From: a virus | Virus record (IMG/VR): IMGVR_UViG_3300037225_000932 | Span: 109,352-173,351 of that record | DNA: 64,000 nucleotides | Strand: one strand, 5' to 3' | Shown here: piece by piece, positions 9,575 through 20,413 of the stretch | Numbering within the stretch: position 1 is the stretch's first letter | How the letters are laid out: each line of letters opens with the position of its first letter | Notes under the pieces: model-generated | What the model was told of the DNA's origin: nothing | Database searches by the model: none | The model's input: the letters and a program-made list of their open reading frames with translations, nothing else | Program-made: the position numbers and the translations under genes

Positions 9575-10214
9575 TTTCGTATCCTTTCCTAAAAGTGGTT
9601 TATCGTTACAGTAGTTTAGAACTTTATGGCTGATTTTCGGGGAGAATTACTATCTGTCTTTTTTCAAGATACTAGCAGCGTATGACCTTGGAATATTATG
9701 TAATTCCATGCCAAAATCACAAAAAGACAAACGAGAATGAGTAAAAACAGAAATCCTATCGCCTATCGAGGTTCGATATTCCTTAAACAAAAGAATACCG
9801 TTTCGATAGATTTTCGTTACATTCTGTCCTTTTACGGAAGAAAAACCCATCGGCATTTCTACAGTTCTGTTCATAATGATTTAGAACTTTATTAGATTTA
9901 TCAGGGAAGAAAAATTGCCCTGATATTTCCATTTAATATGTAAAGCAGTATTTACCCAATTAACTTGGATAAAATCCAGTTGCCTTGTTAAAACAAAATC
10001 CATCAGCAACACATTTTGTAAACTTATAAACAATAATCTCTTGGCCTGTTGGAGAAAAATAACCAATTTGATATCCATTTCTCCAATCTGAATAGATTTT
10101 GCCCTTCATTCCCAAAATCTTATCCAGATATGCTTTTGCCTCTTCTAATGTATCAAAGTCCTCTTTCATATAATATCAGAACTTTATTAGATTTATCAGG
10201 GAAATAATTTTTTC

Positions 10215-10372
10215 GCAAAAAAAAGAGAGCCCCTTACTCGTTTCCTGAAGCAACAGGAAACTTTTAGAGGCTTGCTTCATCCCTAAAAATCGCAGCACAT
10301 TCGCCAGCTTAATCAGGGAAGTCTCTTTATAGTCCTAGAGTATCTAAACTGTTCGGACTATCATTTGTCTGA
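10215..10372 (-). ncRNA. candidate structured RNA I with kissing loops
   Basis: Promoter 10378; adjacent hairpin loops TGAAGCAA and TTGCTTCA are complementary; ends in a U run. Confidence 0.65.
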
Positions 10373-10736
10373 AATATTTAGAACTTATTGGAAAAATTCA
10401 GGGAGAACTTAGTGGCTTTCTCCCCTATACTTGCGGATTTTCTTTGGCCGATTGATCATCTTTGGGCGAGTGTGCGAACCTGTCCGGTCCTTTGACATTC
10501 GCTTACCTAAAAGCCTCAAATCGTAAGCTTCCTGGGCTTTTGGAGAAATAAGACCAGAAAAAGGAGAAAGAATTGACAAATAGCCAGAAGTCTTATCGAG
10601 TGTTTTCATATTGGTTTAGAACTTATTAGAGATTTTCAGGGAGAAAAATTATGAACAAAAAAAATCTCACAAACCGTCGTTTGTGAGAGAGGACATCTTA
10701 TAGTCCTCAGTAGTATATTTAGTTTTTTTGAGGATT

Positions 10737-10904
10737 TTAATCCTCATTCGTCACAATTTGTTCCTTCTTAACGATACGAAGGCTAGTGCCGTCCGACTTC
10801 TCGACAGCCACTTCCTTGCCCTTCGGGTCTCGCCAACCGCAAACCCGCATCGGAGCCGACAACGTTCCGTTACCCTCATTCACTCGAACCAAAGTCTCAG
10901 CCAT
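10737..10904 (-). CDS. 55-aa small protein (not in ORF track)
   Basis: MAETLVRVNEGNG...; leader AGGAAAGGATACGAAAATG. Confidence 0.7.
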   Translation of the reverse strand: MAETLVRVNEGNGTLSAPMRVCGWRDPKGKEVAVEKSDGTSLRIVKKEQIVTNED

Positions 10905-10964
10905 TTTCGTATCCTTTCCTTGTTGGTGTTGCTGTTTTAGAACTTTTTAGTTTTCTTCAGGGAA

Positions 10965-11186
10965 AAGTAAATAGGTGTGCTATTACGCCAAAGGGAGGGG
11001 TTAAACCAGCAATTTCACCCTACGGGTCTTGCCCGCCTTGTCATCTTCCAAGCACCCTTTGCGAATTGTCGGCAACTACTGGTGAGTTTATGCCCATATT
11101 CGCATTGCTACAAAGGCTTGGAGACTACCCACTCATTAAAGATGGCTGCTTCTAAGCCTACTTCCTATTTTTCATTTTCCTTAACA
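10965..11186 (-). ncRNA. candidate structured RNA J (~220 nt)
   Basis: Promoter 11192; closing AAATAGG/CCTATTT; TCCAAGC/GCTTGGA and TGCGAAT/ATTCGCA stems; loop-loop ACCAGTAG/TTGCTGGT. Confidence 0.6.
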
Positions 11187-12439
11187 TTCTTTTAGAACTT
11201 CTTAGTTTTCTTCAGGGGGATAACAAGATGTATTTGCGTTTTCCTTCCATTCTTGCGCATTATTGGCAATAATGATGGGGACTTGCCTAGACGCCCAAAT
11301 ATGTCCATCAACTCCAATTCCAAACCACCGACGACCAATCCCAAAACCTTGATACTTAGTATAAATACCAATTTTGCTTTTTTCGTTCAAACAGACGCAA
11401 CCAACCGGAATCTTATTTTCTTCATCACAATTAAAGGCTGACATTTTTAGTTTTCCTTTGTTGCTGTTTTAGAACTTTTTAGTTTTCTTCAGGGGGAAAG
11501 ATTTACTTATCAAAGTCAAAATAACTTGACTATCACTTTATCCCCAACCTTGAGATCTTTCCACCCGTTTTCTGACATGCTAAGATAAAGATAATATTCC
11601 TCAATTTCATCGTCAAGCTGGAGACAAACCGAATCAGGATCACCAAGTCCATCTCCGTGAATACCAACTTTAATTACCCTTGCGGTCATTTCTTTTACTG
11701 CGGGAGCCTGAAATGGATGATAACGTTTCATTGTTTTATCCTTTATTACTTTAGAACTTTATCTCTTTTTTCAGGGAAATATTTTTTATAATAAAAACAC
11801 TCTCTTTAACCCTACGACTCTCAAATATGGAGAGGAGGATCAAAGAGAAGTTTATCTAATAAGGGAGTCTGTTATACTTGTCGCTCATTATATCAGACTC
11901 AGCCCTTTATTTTTGTTATGACCTATTTTTTACAAATTCGGTGAGATATTATTTTTAATCCAAGCATTCATCCCCTCAAGAACGGTATCCCGATTACCCG
12001 TAAACCCAAATTCTCGCTTAGCAATCGAATAAACTGACTCACCCTTGCGCCGCAAACCCCGTATTTCAAGCTTCAGTGCGGCCCGGAGAATAAGAATACG
12101 TGCATTCTTAACCTGTCGTTCGCCGCTGATTACGATCGCTTTACTTTCCATTTTCTTTCCCTTTCAAGGATTATTGATTTAGAACTTTATAAAAAATTTC
12201 AGGGATTTTTATCTTCCCACTCAAATTTGTCCTTACCTTCATAAAGAAAATCACCAATGTCACAAACAGATTGAATTTGTTCTTTCAATTGGTGAAATTC
12301 ATTACGTAGTTTATACGTTCCTTCGCTTCCCCAGCAATAGTTATACAACATTTCAACAATTCGACGTGCAGCTTGTTTTTCCATTTTTCTTTCCCTTTCA
12401 GTGATTTAGAACTTTGTTTAATTTTTCAGGGTAAACATA

Positions 12440-12648
12440 TCTATAAACAGAGACACCCTCATATATTTTCTTCTAATCTCTTTCCCAAGAAAAAAAGAAG
12501 AAAATGAGGGTGATGGGAAATAGAGACTTTTTAATTGACCGTAGGAGACTCGAACTCCTATATCCACCTTAATATTCGGTGGCGTCTTACCAAGTTTAAA
12601 CGAACGATCTGGTCTCTACTCTCTGTGCCTTACGGCATTCATTAGTAT
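12440..12648 (-). ncRNA. family-1 RNA K1 with embedded tRNA-like domain (12536-12609)
   Basis: Promoter 12655; P1 ACAGAGA/TCTCTGT; T-arm AGGAG-TTCGAGT-CTCCT; pseudoknot TTTCCCA/TGGGAAA; 3' CTGTTTATAGA. Confidence 0.75.
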
Positions 12649-13295
12649 ACTGCTTTAGAACTTTCTTTTAAATTTCAGGGAGAAATTGTTGATCTCTATT
12701 ATATCGAATATTTAACCACTCTATAAGATGAAAAGCCTCAAAAAGAGTAAACCAATGAAGAGGAAAAGAGTGCGTCCAAGCATTATCTGAAGATAAAGTT
12801 TGATCAGTAGCTTTTGCCCTGATGATTATAACCATACCATCAGTATTATCTTCATAAAATCCTGGACCACAAATGTATACTCTTTCTCCGCAAAGAGTAT
12901 ATTTATACACAAGACCGACTGTAGTAGTTTTCATCTTTTATCCTACTTTCAAGATTTTAGAACTTTATCTATTTTATCAGGGTATTTTTTGCGCAAAAAA
13001 ATATCCTCAAGGTGGTGGCACCATCCTCAAGGATATATTTTGTTTTTCTCGGGGCCTTACTTTAGGCTCTCGGGGTTAAGTAGGACACCCTGAGCAGCCA
13101 TGTCAGCCCTGAATGCCTCCCGATTGACCGGCGGATTAAGGTGCTGAGCCAGCTTCTTCGGCTTCTCAGGGATGATATACCCAACTCCGCTCGTAAGAAC
13201 CCGAACACCCTTACCCTGCCGATGGCCAAATTCTGTCATCATTTTCGTATCCCTTTTCTGTTAGTGGTGCTATTTTAGAACTTTTAGTTGTTTTT

Positions 13296-13493
13296 TCAGG
13301 GAGAAATCGGTTGAACCATATTAAAAGTTAAATATTGGTTCAAAGCAGGATTGTCTTTATCATTAACGGGATCACCGTTTTCATCTTCATAATCAACTTG
13401 ATCGCCAGCCACAAACTCCTGATTAACCCAATTTCCAACTTCAGAGTTAAATGTCTGAACAACGAAACCAGTTGTGATTTTCCTGATCTTCAT
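13296..13493 (-). CDS. hypothetical protein (paralog of 51233..51415)
   Basis: Shared KI..GFV.Q.F..E.G..V.Q.F.AG....YEDE.G..V and MVQP. Confidence 0.75.
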   Translation of the reverse strand: MKIRKITTGFVVQTFNSEVGNWVNQEFVAGDQVDYEDENGDPVNDKDNPALNQYLTFNMVQPISP

Positions 13494-13550
13494 ATTAGTA
13501 TCCTCTTTCGGTGCTGTTTTAGAACTTTATGAAGCTTTTCAGGGAGCAAC

Positions 13551-14033
13551 TTACCATTTCGCTCCCATCTCTTTAGCCTCATCAAAAGCATTCCAGAACT
13601 TAAACTCTTTATTAGTAAGAATGCTAATGGCTTTCTCAGCATCCCTCTCAGTAAATCCAACATCCTTATTAGTTTGGACAAAATGCCTTAAAACTAAATC
13701 TTTCTTAATAGTATCATCCTTGGGATTAAAATCATCTAAAGGCCAATCATCAAGAACAACCCAGTTCTCAGGTTTATTTTGCTCAACCCAAAACAAAATC
13801 TCATCTAACCGATTACCGTTATCAGAAGTTATTCCAACAAAAGGAATATCAAAAACCTTAAAAACATCTTTTACCTGTTGAAGTGCGTTTGGCAGTGTTC
13901 GCCAAGTTGAAGAAAGAACTACAGAAGCATTCCCCTTTGAACAAACATTTTTAAGTAATCCTAAACGAATAGGATCAAGAGTTTGCCCATCTAGGCATAA
14001 TACTCCATCAATGTCACAAAATATAACATTCAT
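13551..14033 (-). CDS. HAD-family phosphatase (RNA-repair 'Swiss army knife' type); leaderless start at 14033
   Basis: FCDIDGVL, VLSSTWR, VVLDD motifs. Confidence 0.85.
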   Translation of the reverse strand: MNVIFCDIDGVLCLDGQTLDPIRLGLLKNVCSKGNASVVLSSTWRTLPNALQQVKDVFKVFDIPFVGITSDNGNRLDEILFWVEQNKPENWVVLDDWPLDDFNPKDDTIKKDLVLRHFVQTNKDVGFTERDAEKAISILTNKEFKFWNAFDEAKEMGAKW

Positions 14034-14821
14034 ATTCATTTAGAACTGTATTTAATTTTTCAGGGTAAATGAATTTAAGTTTGTGGTAAAACAACATTAG
14101 GCCAAAACAAAATGATAAAATAAGTATCATCTTTAGTATCAGCATAATGCCATTTCCCATCAGAAATAGTTTCTAAATATTTTTCTTTTATCACTTCTTT
14201 TCCATCAATTGTTAAAAACTTAAAATCAGAAAGATAGGAAGAAAGATAAGAACCAGAAAAAATACCAACCGGAATATGATCTTCGTGATTTGTTCCTTCT
14301 TTGGTGATAAGAAACATTTTATTCACCTTTCAAATCAGGCAAAAGATATCTCTCAATAATCTTAGCATCTTGCTCTTTACGGGAATAAATACCAAGAATA
14401 GCACTTTCACCAAAACAAGTAATAGAAGGAGATTTAGTGGGATTAGTTTTATCCCAACAAACATCAACCTTTCCAGCCCCAAGAACCATCTTTCCGTAAG
14501 ACAGGTTGGCAATATCTTTATGATTTAGATCGCCAGGAAAAATGATAGGGATATCACCTTCAAGAATAATGTATTTTGGAAACATAATTATTGTCCACGA
14601 AGAGTTTTTACATAATCAACAATTTCTTGTTTTTCTTTTTCGTATTTTTCTCTTGGTGTTCCCAAAAAGGCCCAGCCTTTTTGTATCCAACTTGCTATTC
14701 TTTCTGGAGACCATTTACCTTTATACAAACCGCCTTTGTTTGTCACAATGTCTTTTATGAATTGTCGAGTGTTATCGTTCATACTGATTTAGAACTTTAT
14801 TTAGATTTTCAGGGCAAAAAA

Positions 14822-15172
14822 CTATTTTCTAAGCAAATAAAAACAAGGAGATTCAGGTGTTCCTCCTGCTGGAATCCATTCCTGCCATCCTAGCCTGCGA
14901 AAGAAATTCGCAAATCTTGGGGTTTGAACGTTTTCCACAAACAGGTTTCCCGGATAAACATCTTGAACAAATGACAAAAAACGAGTAAATCGTCCTTTAC
15001 CTTGTTTCTTCACAGATATAGTGGCGATATCTAAAATGTCAATCATCTTAGGAGGATATCCTAAATATCGCCTACTCTTACGAATGTAGACATCAACATC
15101 TTTATCGTGTAACCAAGAATTACGCTTTTGAATATTTAGAAAATCAACCAATTGTTCTTCTACTAATTTCAT
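14822..15172 (-). CDS. GNAT-like acetyltransferase
   Basis: LDIATISV..QGKGRF motif A and FFRRLGW. Confidence 0.55.
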   Translation of the reverse strand: MKLVEEQLVDFLNIQKRNSWLHDKDVDVYIRKSRRYLGYPPKMIDILDIATISVKKQGKGRFTRFLSFVQDVYPGNLFVENVQTPRFANFFRRLGWQEWIPAGGTPESPCFYLLRK

Positions 15173-15476
15173 GATCTTTTAGAACTTTCTATTAAAAATC
15201 AGTGATTTTCTTATTATTTCTTGCTTATTTCAATAATGGTATCAGTTATCTCTTTATCAAGAGATTGAAACGTAACAAGATCACTTTCAACATCAGAGAT
15301 CCTATCCCTAATTCGATTAAGAAATAAAATAACCGAACTTACAGGAACCGCATCAATAGGACCACCAGTTGACCAATAAGTGTGTTTTTCTAAAATATCT
15401 TTAGTAAGCATCTTGTTTTCCTTTTCAGTGATAGATTAGAACTTTATTTCTTTTTTCAGGGCTTTTATTTTTGCGC

Positions 15477-15620
15477 AAAAAATAGTATCCGCCAGATATC
15501 GTGACGGATACTCTCAAGATTAGCAGTGTTTACTGGCGGAAGCTTAGTCTCACGGTTAGTCCCATTTCAGGATTCCCAGTAACTTAACTGCTTTATTTAG
15601 GAGCCAATAATTTGCTCCAA
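15477..15620 (-). ncRNA. candidate structured RNA L with alternative terminator pairing
   Basis: Promoter 15625; GGAGC/GCTCC, AGCAGT/ACTGCT and TTACTGG/CCAGTAA stems; terminator AGTATCCG/CGGATACT. Confidence 0.6.
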
Positions 15621-15726
15621 TTCCTTAGAATTTTCTATTAAAAATCAGGGCATTTATTTTTGCGCAAAAAAGAAATCACCCCCAATTGAGGGTGATTTCT
15701 TTTACTTTTGAACGATTTAATCGCTT

Positions 15727-16125
15727 TTAGGCGACAACCGTTTCATTCGTCGCCTCGACGGCGGGGGGAACTGCGGGAGTCTCAGCCGTCTTATTCTTCT
15801 CCTTCAACATCTTCGCAAGAACTGCCAACTGGTCAGGAGTCAAATTGAGATCATCCAACTTCTTCTGAAGAGCCAACTTGTCCTGCTCAGCCTTATAAGC
15901 CGGCAAATCGGTGACTTCAGCAAAAACCGGCAACGGCTCAACAACATAAACCCGACCATCAACCGGCTTTGAATTGAGATGATTCACCATTTCAATTCCA
16001 ACCTCCTTACTCTCGACCATCCCAAGAACCGTGCGAACCACCTTCATATTGCTACCCCGACCAGGTGCCTTAGTCGTGTGCTTCTCGAAAACCGCCAAAA
16101 CCGTCTTGCTCGACGCCGTGTCCAT
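15727..16125 (-). CDS. GRG-motif paralog family member 2 (start corrected to MDTASSK)
   Basis: PGRGSNMKVVRTVLGMV; leader nearly identical to that of 9574. Confidence 0.75.
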   Translation of the reverse strand: MDTASSKTVLAVFEKHTTKAPGRGSNMKVVRTVLGMVESKEVGIEMVNHLNSKPVDGRVYVVEPLPVFAEVTDLPAYKAEQDKLALQKKLDDLNLTPDQLAVLAKMLKEKNKTAETPAVPPAVEATNETVVA

Positions 16126-16364
16126 CGTCGTATCCTTTCCTAAAAGGGGTTTATCGTTACACCCTTTTAGAACTTTAGCCCCACTTTTCAGGGAGATTTT
16201 TTTTCGCGCAAAAAAAAATACCCTCAAAGACAACAGTGGTGGTGTCGTCCTCAAGAGTATTATTGTTTTTTTAATATAATAAATTGCTAACGCAATTTAT
16301 TATATTAAACTTTTTATGTTTTGTCAATATACTTTGTTCTATTTTGTTAAAAATAGTTTAAGTT

Positions 16365-16772
16365 TTACCAATTGCTACTATTTTCAACAAACTCTTTCGC
16401 TTCAATTAAACTAAGATTTGTCCAATAACGAAGAACCTTAATGGCCTCAACTTGAACTTGTCGATTTTGGTTTCGTAAACTACAAATTGACTGAAAAGCC
16501 TTCAAGGGAATATTATACCAAGTATTTTGAGAAATAACCGTAACAACCGGAACCCCATCCTTTATACTCACATTATGACCATGAAAAACAGTAGGAACTT
16601 CATTCCGTTTCTTCTCTTCAGCAAGCTTCTCCTGTAAATCATTACTTAAAGCCTTAATCTCTTCCTGATAAGCCTCTTCAAGAATTCTTAAAGCAGTTTT
16701 CTTATACTTATTCTCAAGAACACTTGAAACAATAACAACACGACACATTTCTTTCTTGTTCTCAATATCCAT
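16365..16772 (-). CDS. protein with ribosomal L7/L12 C-terminal-like domain
   Basis: VEAIKVLRYWTNLSLIEAKEFVE matches the L7/L12 CTD helix pattern. Confidence 0.6.
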   Translation of the reverse strand: MDIENKKEMCRVVIVSSVLENKYKKTALRILEEAYQEEIKALSNDLQEKLAEEKKRNEVPTVFHGHNVSIKDGVPVVTVISQNTWYNIPLKAFQSICSLRNQNRQVQVEAIKVLRYWTNLSLIEAKEFVENSSNW

Positions 16773-17084
16773 CTTGCCTTTTCCTTTATGTTATACTCTT
16801 AGAACTTTAGTTCCCACTTTTCAGGGAGATTTTTTTTCGCGCAAAAAAAAATAGTTCACAAATAACTTTTATTCAACTCTATATCATAAGGTTCATCATA
16901 ATATAGATAAGGATTATCCTTAATATGCGAATTTACTTCTTCTAAAGAAGTAAAAATGCCAATAATACAATGATCAGTAGAACGTGTTGCCCCTAAAACC
17001 CAAACTTTAGTGATAACTTTATCCATCTTTTTTACTCTAAAAAAGTTTTTGCTCACTTTCAAAACTCATTTTTTCTACATTTTT

Positions 17085-18625
17085 ATCTAAGTCCCTTGTT
17101 TCTCAACCACTTATGTTATTTTTTCGCAAGAAATAAAAAACTTTTCCACACGGGTAAAAAAAAGTTTTATCTACTTCTCTTTAGGACCAATCTTATACTC
17201 AGAAGGAACAAATTTATGCCATAGATTACCAGCCTGCTTAAAGATAGTAACCCTCTTTGGAGACTTAATAATAAATAAAGTCTCATCTTCATTCGCTTTT
17301 ACATCAAAATCAGCAATTTGCGCAACAGAATATCCAGCATTCTGATACATCGTGATAATTACACACGGAATACCTGCCGGATCAACTCGATGATTTTTCA
17401 TGTTTTTTACCTAACCTCTTGGAAAATAAACCACTTAGGTAATTTTTTTCGCAAGATTAAAAAACTTTCTCCCGACGTAAAAAGATATCTTTAGAAACCA
17501 ACAATGTCAGCCAAACTAACAGCAAAAAGCTCCTTAGCGGTCCACCCCTCTATAGCAAAATCACTATTATTGACTGTAATATCGCTTAAAACAACGATAT
17601 CATGGTCCGGACCACCCATAAACTCGAAAATACCTTCCCTGCCAGACCAAAACGGATGACCACTCTTAACCTTATACTTCTCACCTTTAACCAGCTTCAT
17701 GATAATCTCCTTAAATTCTTTATTTTATAGGAACTTAGATTAAAAAATCAGGGAAAGAATAAAAACTTTTCCACACGGGTAAAAAAAGTTTTATGCTGCT
17801 ACAGAAATACCAGTTTCAACCGTTTGGTGGATAACAATGGTGCCACCCTTATACCGATAAGGCACATTCGCCTTCAAAGTCTCAGCTAAACCAACCAAAC
17901 CATACTTCCCAAGCCACCAATTAACATATTCGGCAGCTTCAGTAAGGTCCAAACAAACCGGACTCACCACTTCACCATTCTCGTAAACCTTAAACATCTT
18001 AATTTCCTTCCTTTTCTTTGTTAGTGTTACTTCTTTAGAACTTTATTTCCCCTTTCAGGGAAAACTTCAAAGAAGTTTTACCTTCAGTTAGGGAAAACTT
18101 TAATCTTCTTGACTAATAATGTAATAAATAAATAATGAAACTAAGAACATAACAACTAAAAAAACTTGAGGCTCTTGAGTTTCCATAACCTTTTTCTCTA
18201 TTTTTATCTAACTCCAGTAATTTCAGTGGCTTACGTTAATTTTTTCGCAAGAATAAAAAAACTTTCTCTCGACGAGAAAAGACATCTTTAACCCTTACGA
18301 ATTTCTAAATTTAAGTTGATCCTAATAACCCAATACTCCACTCCCTCTTTCATTACATAAATACCATGCCACTTACCATCTAAAATCAATTCTTTTGACT
18401 GTTGAGACCGAGATCCCCAATCACGCCCATCTATACTAGCAAATGGATACTTTTCACATAAAACTTCATAATCGTAAACCCCAATAGGCATATTATTCTC
18501 AAACGTTACTAAAAACATGATAGTCTTGTCCTTTTCTTCGTTAAGTGCTTTATTTCTCAAGAACTTAGATAAGATTTTCAGGGAGAGAATAAAAACTTTT
18601 CCACACGGGCAAAAAAAGTTTTATC
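17085..18625. repeat. local repeat family (CTAA..CTTA inverted pairs, TTTTCGCAAGA, AAAACTTTTCCACACGGG hairpins)
   Basis: Copies at about 17085-17170, 17410-17490, 17760-17793, 18200-18287 and 18591-18624. Confidence 0.75.
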
Positions 18626-18629
18626 TCTT

Positions 18630-19070
18630 CAGTAAGTTAGATAATTAAAATAGATATCAGGGAGAAATTAAACCAATAATGAAAAAACTAAGTTTGAAAC
18701 GAAACGGCGAGAAAAAAAATGGTGGGAGGGGGAAAAATGAGGAAGAGGACAGAGATTAGAGAAAAATGGAGAGGAGAATAAAGATGAGAGGACACCTGAG
18801 CTTTTTTAGGGACACAGTGGGTAAAATACCTACACCTAAGCTTTTTTACTAACACAATGGGTAAAATGAGGACGTAATAGGCTTTTATTTAAGCTTTTTT
18901 ATGGACATTCAGTGTCATTTATACCCAGGTTAGGACATCTTAGGACATTTATTCTCATCTTTAGACATCTTAAATAACATTTTATTTCAATTATTATTAA
19001 AATATAGAAAAGTGGGGCAGAGTGGGGAAAAATGTATTTACAGGGATTTAGAGCATTTACAAAGACGGAT
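18630..19070. other. long non-coding, purine-skewed region with direct repeats (candidate origin/packaging site)
   Basis: ~35-bp direct repeat ACACCTRAGCTTTT..ACACARTGGGTAAAAT and several GGACAT/GGACAC. Confidence 0.4.
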
Positions 19071-20002
19071 TTAGTGGATATTCTTGAGGGGAATTATAGG
19101 AACAATTATTTCTTTATCTTGTAATTCATCCCAATCTTTCCAATGAAGAATGACATCTAATGGATATACTTTAGGTTTATTATAGTATCCATTTTGAGGT
19201 CCAGGTGGATGATTTTTAACATATTGTTGTAGTTTTTCTAAAGAAGTAAATACTCCAAGGATATCATAGTCATCATATTGACCAACGGTTAAGACATAAA
19301 CTTTTTGAATTTCTTTTTCTTCTTTAATTACGACATAACAACCAAAAGTAGGATAATAGACAAAAGGAACATTTAACATCCAAACATAATCAAGTGGAAC
19401 GACATGACCCAACCATTTCTTAGCATATTTAATTGCTTTCTTAAAAGTATTAAACTTATGGGTTTTCCAACGACTATCAATACTAGCTGGTTTGATAGCA
19501 ACAACATCGCTTCCGGTATAAACACAGAACATTGTTTTATTCCTTATTATTTATATTTATCAGTCATATTTCTAGTGAAAGCACCACAAAAAACAAATAC
19601 GACAATTCCTACAGAAAGGACTAAACAAAATACATTTATGATATTCCAGATTATTTCATCTGACATTGTTGTTATTCCTTATTAAGTGGAAGATTTTTTA
19701 TTTGCGAAAAAAAAAATTAGTTTAACGGCCATAAACATTTGTTGTGTATTACAATCAATATACAATCTTCGGTGGGCTGGATAATTATAATTTCCAACTG
19801 GTCCTGTATAGTGTAAAATATGTTCTTGATTTTCTCCAACTGCTTTATACATTGCTTTATCATAACTAGAAGCAGAGACATCTTTAGAGAAAATAGACCA
19901 TTGTATTTCTTTATTTAGATCAAATCTCCAAGCACTAAAAATATTATATGTATTATTCATAATAATATAGAACTTTATTTAAGAGATCAGGGGAGAGAAA
20001 GA

Positions 20003-20413
20003 TTATACTTGCCAATTACCTCTATCTTCAAGGCATTTTTCAATATCAACATTAGGAAGTTTAGTCCAAATCTTCAAAAGATCAATAGCAGAATAAATCT
20101 GTTTAGAAGCCAGCTTATCATGAACAAGATTATAGACTACAACTGGAATTTCGGGATAGAAAGTATTCCACTCATCATGTTTAGCTTTTAACTGAACGCA
20201 CCAAACTCCATCCTTCTTAAATGGAGCCTTATAAGAATTACGAGATTGAGGAACTTCTTCTATAATACTCTTCTTTGCTTTTTCAATTTCTTCTTTCAGG
20301 TGTTGTGAATAAATTAGTTCAAGGTTTTCAAGTGCTGCCAAACGATCATTAGCAGTTGCAGCACTATTCAAAACAATAAGGCGAGCAATACGTTGAGCTT
20401 GTTCGAGTGTCAT
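20003..20413 (-). CDS. paralog of 16365..16772 (degenerate L7/L12-CTD-like)
   Basis: Shared KDGV, Y..IP, AI..L..WT.L and terminal NW. Confidence 0.65.
   Translation of the reverse strand: MTLEQAQRIARLIVLNSAATANDRLAALENLELIYSQHLKEEIEKAKKSIIEEVPQSRNSYKAPFKKDGVWCVQLKAKHDEWNTFYPEIPVVVYNLVHDKLASKQIYSAIDLLKIWTKLPNVDIEKCLEDRGNWQV

Noticed and set aside
12440-12648. Bacterial Y RNA (YrlA)
   Set aside because: YrlA connects through the anticodon-stem position and has a closed acceptor; here the connection is via the acceptor stem, and no Ro60 gene is in the window. Not fully excluded without a CM search.
3544-18600. CRISPR array formed by the TTAGAACTT..CAGGG repeats
   Set aside because: The repeats have a variable centre and irregular spacing containing whole genes, there are no cas genes, and they behave as promoters.
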